From an uncultured Actinomycetes bacterium (GTDB lineage: Bacteria > Actinomycetota > Thermoleophilia > Gaiellales > JAICJC01), in NCBI GenBank assembly GCA_963760755.1, contig CAVXEE010000007.1, forward strand, positions 434,459-498,458: DNA of 64,000 nucleotides. Direction: 5' to 3'. A program made the translations under genes and the position numbers. Shown piece after piece: positions 57,434 through 64,000 of this stretch. The notes beneath the pieces were generated by a model. It did no database searches, was not told where the DNA came from, and worked only from the letters and a program-made list of their open reading frames with translations. Position 1 is the first letter of the stretch; every line of letters begins with the position of its first letter.

Positions 57434-58354
57434 TCATCCCACGAGGGCGGGCGGCGGAGCGTCCATGTAGGCCGCGAGGCCGGGGGTCGTGCCGATGTGC
57501 CCGGCCGTGTCGACCACGAGCGCCTCGGCGCCGGTGCCCTCGAGCACCGCCTCCGGCGAGCGGCCGGAGGCCAGGAGCACAGCCTTGGCCAGCACCTCGG
57601 CGACCCAGGCCTGACCGGTCGCCACCGCCGCGAGGGACGTGTCGGTGGCGCTCGGACGGCGGGTGGCCGGGTCGATCAGGTGGTGGTGCACCTCGCCGCC
57701 CACGCGCCAGCGCCGCCGCAGCGTCGTCGAGGTGGCGACCGCGCCGTCGGCGAGCCCGAGCAGGGCGATCGGCGCGTCCGCGGCCGGGTGCTCCACGGCC
57801 ACCGTCCACGTCCCGCCGCCGGGCGCCGCGCCGGTCACGCGCACGTCGCCGCCGAGGTTGACGCAGGCGCCGTCGGCGCCTGCGGCCACGAGCTCGGTGG
57901 CGACGATGTCGGCAGCCAGGCCCTTGCCGATCCCGCCCGGGTCAAAGCCGCTGCCCGCCGGCAGCCGCGCCCACCCCGGCCCGTACTCGATTCCGGCACA
58001 GGCCGGCTCGGCGTCGCTGCGCCCGGGCCGCGCGGCCGGCGGGATCAGCTCGAACGTGCGGTCATAGCCGGCGCGGATCACGGGCCCGAGCAGGGTGGGG
58101 TCGTACATGCCGCCGGTCAGGAGGAAGCCGTCGATTGCGCGCTCCACGAGCTCGACCGTCTCCGGAGCGACCGCGACGTGGGCGCCCGCATGCTGGTTCA
58201 GCCGGCTGACGTCGCTGCGGGGACGAAACCGGCTCCACAGGCTCTCGAGCTGCTCGATCCGGGCGGCGGCGACGTCGGCCAGGCCGGCGCGACCGCCGAC
58301 GACGATCACGTGCGCCCGCGCGCCCATCGCGCCGAAGCGGCGCTCAGCTACCAC
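57434..58354 (-). CDS. apbE: FAD:protein FMN transferase (ApbE) catalytic domain; its N-terminal export region appears to lie in another frame
   Basis: RRFGAMGARAHVIVVG is the first beta-strand motif F.AMGT...I. Then SRFRPRSDVSRLN, DPGGIGKGLAAD, NLGGDV, TSTT.RR and HHLIDP.T. No signal peptide is present in this frame. Upstream of GTG 58354 the frame is Arg/Pro junk. Confidence 0.8.
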   Translation of the reverse strand: MVAERRFGAMGARAHVIVVGGRAGLADVAAARIEQLESLWSRFRPRSDVSRLNQHAGAHVAVAPETVELVERAIDGFLLTGGMYDPTLLGPVIRAGYDRTFELIPPAARPGRSDAEPACAGIEYGPGWARLPAGSGFDPGGIGKGLAADIVATELVAAGADGACVNLGGDVRVTGAAPGGGTWTVAVEHPAADAPIALLGLADGAVATSTTLRRRWRVGGEVHHHLIDPATRRPSATDTSLAAVATGQAWVAEVLAKAVLLASGRSPEAVLEGTGAEALVVDTAGHIGTTPGLAAYMDAPPPALVG

Positions 58355-58667
58355 CGCTCGAGGTGTTGGCCTGCGTGGACGGCGCCGCCGGCGTCGCCGC
58401 CTGCGTCGTCGCCTGGGTGGTGGTCGGCGCCTGGGTGGTGATCGTCGTCTCGTCGTCGGAGGACGAGGGCCGCGCGTGCGTCGTCGTCCTGTGGTGCGTC
58501 GTGTTGGCGGAGGAGCCGGCCGCGCTCGCCGAGGCGGTGCGCGACGCGGTGCCCGCCAGGGCGAGGTGACCGGTGATCGCGACCGTGGCGACCGCGCTTG
58601 CGGCGGCCGCGGCGATGCGTGCGCGCCGGGCGGGGTGGCGGCGCGAGGGAGTCTGGCGTGCATCCAT
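58344..58667 (-). CDS. Tat-type signal peptide plus Thr/Ala/Ser-rich linker; probably the displaced N-terminus of ApbE rather than a stand-alone protein
   Basis: MDARQTPSRRHPARRARIAAAAASAVATVAITGHLALAGTAS is followed by low-complexity TTHHRTTTH...TTQAPTTTQATTQAATPAAPS. It ends 11 nt inside the ApbE frame. The span 58667-57434 is 1234 nt (3n+1). Confidence 0.4.
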   Translation of the reverse strand: MDARQTPSRRHPARRARIAAAAASAVATVAITGHLALAGTASRTASASAAGSSANTTHHRTTTHARPSSSDDETTITTQAPTTTQATTQAATPAAPSTQANTSSGGS

Positions 58668-58796
58668 CCGCTCATGGTCGCCCGCCCACCTGCGAGATCC
58701 CTGTGAATGCGATCCGAGATCGCCCAGAGCGACGCTCCCAGCCGACTCCCAGGATTGGCGCAGGTCGCTCACAGCGCCGCGGGCGACGATGGGAGG

Positions 58797-59393
58797 ATGT
58801 CGCACAGCACGCTGCTCTGGTACACGGCCCGCGCGTCGGGCATCGTCACGTGGGCGCTCCTGACAGCGAGCGTCCTCTGGGGCCTGGCACTCAGCACCCG
58901 TGTGCTCGGCCGCCGCCCGCGCCCGGCCTGGCTGCTCGATCTGCACCGCTTCCTCGGCGGCGCCGCCGTCATCTTCCTGGGCGTCCACATCGTCACGATC
59001 GTGCTCGACACCTACGTGCACTTCGGCCTCGTCGAGGTGCTCGTGCCCCTGGCCGCGACGTGGCGTCCCGGCCCCGTCGCCTGGGGCATCGCCGCCATGT
59101 ACCTGCTGGTCGCGGTCGAGCTCACATCGCTCGCCCGCGCGCACCTGCCCCGGCGGATCTGGGACACGAGCCACTACCTCGCCTTCCCGCTCTTCCTCTT
59201 CGCCAGCATCCACGCGGTCACCGCCGGCACCGACCGCAACTCGGGAGCGCTGCGGCTGGCGGTGTTCGGGGCCGGTGTGGCCGTCGCCGCGCTGACCGCC
59301 GTGCGCGCCGCAGAAGTGGCCAGGCACGGCACGGGCCGGGCCCGGGCGCCGCTGCCGCCGCCGCGCCGCACCGCCGTGCGGAGGGCGCGATGA
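58797..59393 (+). CDS. ferric-reductase-like transmembrane (MsrQ/YedZ-type, di-haem b) domain protein
   Basis: MSHSTLLWYTARASGIVTWALLTASVLWGL, LHRFLGGAAVIFLGVHIV and SHYLAFPLFLFASIHAV carry conserved His pairs on TM helices. The ATG at 58797 lies inside ORF 58707..59393. Confidence 0.75.
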   Translation: MSHSTLLWYTARASGIVTWALLTASVLWGLALSTRVLGRRPRPAWLLDLHRFLGGAAVIFLGVHIVTIVLDTYVHFGLVEVLVPLAATWRPGPVAWGIAAMYLLVAVELTSLARAHLPRRIWDTSHYLAFPLFLFASIHAVTAGTDRNSGALRLAVFGAGVAVAALTAVRAAEVARHGTGRARAPLPPPRRTAVRRAR

Positions 59394-60682
59394 GCACCGT
59401 CGCAACGACCGGCGTGCGTACCGACGAGCGCCGCCTGCTGCGCGAGGCCGGCGCCGACGGGCGCCCGGCGACGCTGGCCGAGCACCGCTCGCGCTACCGC
59501 CCGGCGCCGATCGCGGCGCGGCGGCCGCAGCGCTCGCTGATCGACCTCGTCGCCGAGGCCGGCCTGCGCGGGCGCGGCGGCGCCGGCTTCCCCACCACGC
59601 GCAAGCTCCAGGCCGTCGCCGAAGGCCGCGGCCCGCGCATCGTCGTCGCCAACGGCACCGAGGGCGAGCCCGCGAGCAGCAAGGACCGCACCCTGCTCGC
59701 CCGCGCGCCGCACCTCGTGCTCGACGGCGCGGCCGTCGCGGCCGCCGCGGTGGGCGCGGCCCAGGTGATCGTCTGCATCGACCGCAGCGACCGCCCCGCC
59801 GTGCGCGCGCTCCGCGCCGCCACCGCCGAGCGGGCGGCAGAGCGGGGCGTCCCGATCGAGCTGGCCGAGACGCCGACGCGCTACGTCGCCGGCGAGGAGA
59901 CCGCGCTCGTGCACTGGCTGAACGGGGGCGACGCCAAGCCCACGCACGTGCCGCCACGCCCCTTCGAGAAGGGGGTCGACGGCCGCCCGACCCTGATCCA
60001 GAACGTCGAGACGCTCGCGCACGTCGCCCAGATCGCGCGCTTCGGCGCCGACTGGTTTCGCCAGACCGGCACCGGGGACGAGCCCGGAACGACGCTCGTC
60101 ACGGTCACCGGGGCCGTCGCGCGCCCCGCGATCGTCGAGGTGCCCGTCGGGACGCGGATCGACCGCATCGTCGCGCGCGCCGGCGGCCCGGCCGAGCCGA
60201 TCGCGGCGTTCCTCGCCGGCGGCTTCGCCGGCACGTGGATCCCGGCCGGCGCCGGTGGCGCCGCGTTCAGCCGCGCCGGGCTCGCCGAGTTCGGCGCGAG
60301 CCCCGGCGCGGGCATCCTGGTCGCCCTGCCGGCGTCGGCGTGCGGACTGGTCGAGACCGCGCGCCTGATGCGCTGGTTCGCGGGCGAGAGCGCCGGGCAG
60401 TGCGGGCCGTGCGTGTTCGGGCTCTCCGACATGGCCCAGATGACGGCGGCAATCGCGGCCGGCCGCTCGAGCGCGGGCGACGTCGAGCGGCTGCGCCGCT
60501 GGGCGGCGCAGATCGAGCGCCGCGGCGCCTGCCGGCATCCCGACGGCGCCGTGCACCTCGTCCGGAGCGCCCTGGACGTGTTCGCCACCGACCTGCGCCG
60601 GCACCTCGACGGCAATCCGTGCGTGGCCGCCCGCGGCCCCGGCCGCCTGGCCGTCCCCGAGTCCGTCGCCGGGTGGAGGTGA
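59390..60682 (+). CDS. NuoF-like (complex I 51-kDa subunit family) NAD(P)H/FMN and 4Fe-4S protein
   Basis: The ATG overlaps the upstream stop (ATGA). GLRGRGGAGFPTTRKL, ANGTEGEPASSKDR, YVAGEETAL, and the C-terminal ESAGQCGPCVFG...C Fe-S motif. Confidence 0.8.
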   Translation: MSTVATTGVRTDERRLLREAGADGRPATLAEHRSRYRPAPIAARRPQRSLIDLVAEAGLRGRGGAGFPTTRKLQAVAEGRGPRIVVANGTEGEPASSKDRTLLARAPHLVLDGAAVAAAAVGAAQVIVCIDRSDRPAVRALRAATAERAAERGVPIELAETPTRYVAGEETALVHWLNGGDAKPTHVPPRPFEKGVDGRPTLIQNVETLAHVAQIARFGADWFRQTGTGDEPGTTLVTVTGAVARPAIVEVPVGTRIDRIVARAGGPAEPIAAFLAGGFAGTWIPAGAGGAAFSRAGLAEFGASPGAGILVALPASACGLVETARLMRWFAGESAGQCGPCVFGLSDMAQMTAAIAAGRSSAGDVERLRRWAAQIERRGACRHPDGAVHLVRSALDVFATDLRRHLDGNPCVAARGPGRLAVPESVAGWR

Positions 60683-60686
60683 GCGC

Positions 60687-60890
60687 ATGAGCGCCCACAG
60701 GCTCACGGTCGACCCGGCCGGCTGCGTCGGCCACGGCATCTGCGCCGAGCTCTTGCCGGAGTGGATCACGCTCGACGACTGGGGCTATCCGATCGTGCGC
60801 GCCGACGCCGTCCCGCCCGAGCTCCTGCGCCAGGCCCGCTGGGCGGTCTCGAACTGCCCCGCCCTGGCACTCCGCCTCAAGCGTGCATAA
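60687..60890 (+). CDS. small ferredoxin (single-cluster type)
   Basis: 67 aa. VDPAGCVGHGICAELLPE....GYP........ARWAVSNCPALAL is typical of actinobacterial [3Fe-4S]/[4Fe-4S] Fer4_13/15 ferredoxins. Confidence 0.8.
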   Translation: MSAHRLTVDPAGCVGHGICAELLPEWITLDDWGYPIVRADAVPPELLRQARWAVSNCPALALRLKRA

Positions 60891-60913
60891 ACGGGGTCTG
60901 ACCCCGTTTATGC
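60885..60913. terminator. 29-nt perfect palindrome, a bidirectional terminator shared by convergent genes
   Basis: GCATAAACGGGGTC-T-GACCCCGTTTATGC. Both convergent ORFs end with GCA TAA inside the arms (stops at 60888-60890 on plus and 60910-60908 on minus). There is an A-tract on the 5' side and a T-tract on the 3' side on both strands. Confidence 0.75.
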
Positions 60914-61138
60914 AGTGACGGCGGCGGCCACCAGGCCGACCAGGACGGCGACGGCGAGCACCATCGCCGCGAGGCCGGGCAGGCGGCTCGTGCCGCCCAG
61001 CCGCGCCACCGTGAAGCCGACGAAGCCGAGCGCGAGCGCTGCCAGCGCCAGAAGGCCGGCGAGCAGCGCGAGCGCCTGGCCGCCCTGCGATCCCAGGCCG
61101 GCCGCCGCCGCGCCGGCGGCCACGAGCGCCCCCAGCAC
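60908..61138 (-). CDS. small hypothetical membrane protein (2 TM)
   Basis: 76 codons from GTG 61138: VLGALVAAGAAAAGLGSQGGQALALLAGLLALAALALGFVGF...LAAMVLAVAVLVGLVAAAV. The start is uncertain and support is weak. Confidence 0.3.
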   Translation of the reverse strand: MLGALVAAGAAAAGLGSQGGQALALLAGLLALAALALGFVGFTVARLGGTSRLPGLAAMVLAVAVLVGLVAAAVTA

Positions 61139-61185
61139 TCCGGCGGCGATGCCGATCGCGCCTGAGCGCGGTGACTGCGGGGCCG

Positions 61186-61644
61186 CTACCGCGTCCCCCA
61201 GGCGTAGGTCATCTTGACCATGTCCAGGTACATGAACGTCTCGGTCGACTTCACCCCGTCGATCTCGCGCAGCCGCTGCACGACCTCGAGCAGGTGCCGG
61301 TTGTGCTCGCACACGATCTCGACCAGCAGGTCGTAGCTGCCCGAGGTGATCACGACGTAGCTCGTCTCGCGCCAGGCCGACACGGCCCCGGCGACGTGGT
61401 CGAGGTCGCTGTTGGCCTGGACGCCGACCAGGGCCATCACCTCGAACCCGAGCTTGAGCGGGTTTGTGACCGCGACCACATCGAGCACGCCGGCATCGGT
61501 CAGCCGCTGCATCCGCGCCCGCACCGCCGCCTCGGAGATGCCGACCTCGCGGGCGATGGTCGTGAACGGGCACCTGCCCTCGCGCTGGAGGATCTCGATG
61601 ATCCGGCGGTTGACCGGATCGAGCTTGACCGTGGGAGCATTCAT
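61186..61644 (-). CDS. Lrp/AsnC family transcriptional regulator
   Basis: LDPVNRRIIEILQREGRCPFTTIAREVGISEAAVRARMQRL is the HTH. An AsnC-type RAM domain follows. It is divergent from potA. Confidence 0.88.
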   Translation of the reverse strand: MNAPTVKLDPVNRRIIEILQREGRCPFTTIAREVGISEAAVRARMQRLTDAGVLDVVAVTNPLKLGFEVMALVGVQANSDLDHVAGAVSAWRETSYVVITSGSYDLLVEIVCEHNRHLLEVVQRLREIDGVKSTETFMYLDMVKMTYAWGTR

Positions 61645-61688
61645 GCGAGATACCCGCCAAACCCCCGCGTTCGGTGCGAACTTCGTGG

Positions 61689-61716
61689 TTGACAGGCGGA
61701 AAACCAACGATATACC
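61689..61716 (+). promoter_or_regulatory. candidate sigma70-type promoter of the pot operon
   Basis: TTGACA (61689-61694), a 16-nt spacer, then TATACC (61711-61716). The predicted start is about 6 nt before ATG 61729, giving a very short leader. Confidence 0.5.
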
Positions 61717-61728
61717 CTTGCCACCGGG

Positions 61729-62888
<1,160 letters not shown>

Positions 62889-62892
<4 letters not shown>

Positions 62893-64000
62893 CCGACCCC
62901 CGCGACTCGCTCAACATCCTCGCGCCGACGAGCGCGAAGCCGAAGCTCGACTACCTGCGCCGCCAGCTCTACCGCGACGCCTCCGAGCGCTCCGGACTGA
63001 ACCGGCGCGAGCTCCTCGGCCTGGGCGCGCTCGGCCTCTTGGCGGCTGCCTGCGGAGGCTCGACGAACGCGGGCGGCGGTGGTGGCGGCGGCGGCGCGAG
63101 CAGCGCGCCCGGCGGGGGCAACACGCTGGCCGGAAAGCCGATGGAGAACTCGCTCGTGATCTACAACTGGTCGGAGTACGACTCCCCCAGCACGTTCAGC
63201 AAGTTCAAGGCGGCGCATCCGAACACGCACGTGACCGAGACGTTCTACTCGAGCAACGACGAGCTGCTGGCAAAGCTCTCGGCCGGCGGCACCGGCTACG
63301 ACATCATCGTGCCGAGCCAGAACGCCGTCGCCCAGCTGATCGGCGAGAACGGCCTGATGGCGCTCGACGCGGCCGCCATACCCAACCTGAAGAACCTCGA
63401 CCCGGCGTTCCTGAAGCCCTCGTATGACCCCACCGGGCAGTTCCACGTCATCAAGGACTACGGCATCACGATGTTCTTCTTCATGAACACCGTGGTGAAG
63501 GACAACCCCAAGTCGATGCTCGACTTCTACAACCTGCTGCCCAAGTACGGCAGCAAGGGCCGCACCAACGTCCTCGACGGCGCCGAGGAGGTCGTGCCGC
63601 TCGCGCTCATGGCACTCGGCCTCGACCCGAACACGACCAGCAGCTCCGACTTCGCCAAGGTGAAGAGCTTCCTGCTCAAAATCCGCCCGGGCGTCACCAC
63701 GATCGACTCGTCCGGCTACATCAACGACGCCATCGCGGGCAAGATCATCCTCAGCCAGGGCTGGAACGGCGACGTGCGCCGCATCGTCCAGGCGCGCAAG
63801 AAGCAGGGCGACATCACCGCGGTCATCCCCACCGGCGCGTCCGAGGTGTGGGCCGACAACTGGTGCGTCCCCGTGAACGCGCCGCACCCGGTCGCCGCCC
63901 ACGCGTGGATCAACTGGCTGCTCGAGCCGGCGACGGCCGTGGCGGAGATGAACTACCACAACTACCCGATCCCGATCCCGGCCGCGCTGGCGCAAGATGC
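62889..64000 (+). CDS. polyamine ABC transporter substrate-binding lipoprotein (PotD/PotF family), truncated by the window end
   Basis: GTG overlaps the potA stop (GTGA). The Tat/lipobox-like stretch is RRELLGLGALGLLAAACGG. Then LVIYNWSEY, YDIIVPS and GWNGD. It is not in the ORF track because no stop lies in the window. Confidence 0.85.

Overview
Very GC-rich (by eye about 70% or more) chromosomal segment. Its gene content looks like a high-GC Gram-positive lineage, Actinomycetota-like and possibly Thermoleophilia-type; that placement is a guess made without a database search. I support about 60 protein-coding genes. I see no rRNA, tRNA, CRISPR array, transposase, integrase or recognisable defence genes.

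Housekeeping genes:
- metG (5' part), an AbrB-like regulator and rsmI
- lysA, psuG, nth, moaA and rnhA
- an rlmD-like methyltransferase
- a complete heat-shock operon dnaK-grpE-dnaJ-hspR-clpB
- an Lrp-type regulator next to a potA/potD polyamine uptake start

Between these, the window is dominated by cell-envelope glycoconjugate and lipid functions:
1. A GT4 gene plus a CE4-deacetylase/MprF-type flippase fusion.
2. A UDP-sulfoquinovose synthase (sqdB) locus with a membrane-anchored GT2, a Wzx-like flippase, large polytopic membrane proteins and an O-antigen-ligase-like protein.
3. An inositol-phospholipid locus (PAP2, CDP-alcohol phosphatidyltransferase, ino1) that ends in an unusual GT4-PHP phosphoesterase fusion.
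4. An Arn-pathway-like cassette: GT-C, polyprenyl-phosphate GT2, dTDP-glucose 4,6-dehydratase, ATP-grasp, DegT aminotransferase and a flippase-like protein.

The strongest candidates for something undescribed:
- A tightly coupled four-gene operon (44631-46673, minus strand) of paralogous small secreted proteins. They share an A-Y-x-Y-W-T/S motif right after the signal-peptide h-region, and no peptidase gene is adjacent.
- An ApbE / ferric-reductase-domain / NuoF-like / ferredoxin cluster (57434-60890) that lacks an obvious flavinylation substrate.

Two genes, dnaK and apbE, each look interrupted by one extra nucleotide. This could be assembly error or real pseudogenisation.

Two families of short perfect palindromic terminator-like repeats recur at distant sites.

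All functional calls come from motifs I read in the supplied translations. No searches were run. Many long ORFs in the track are antisense or off-frame artefacts of the GC content.
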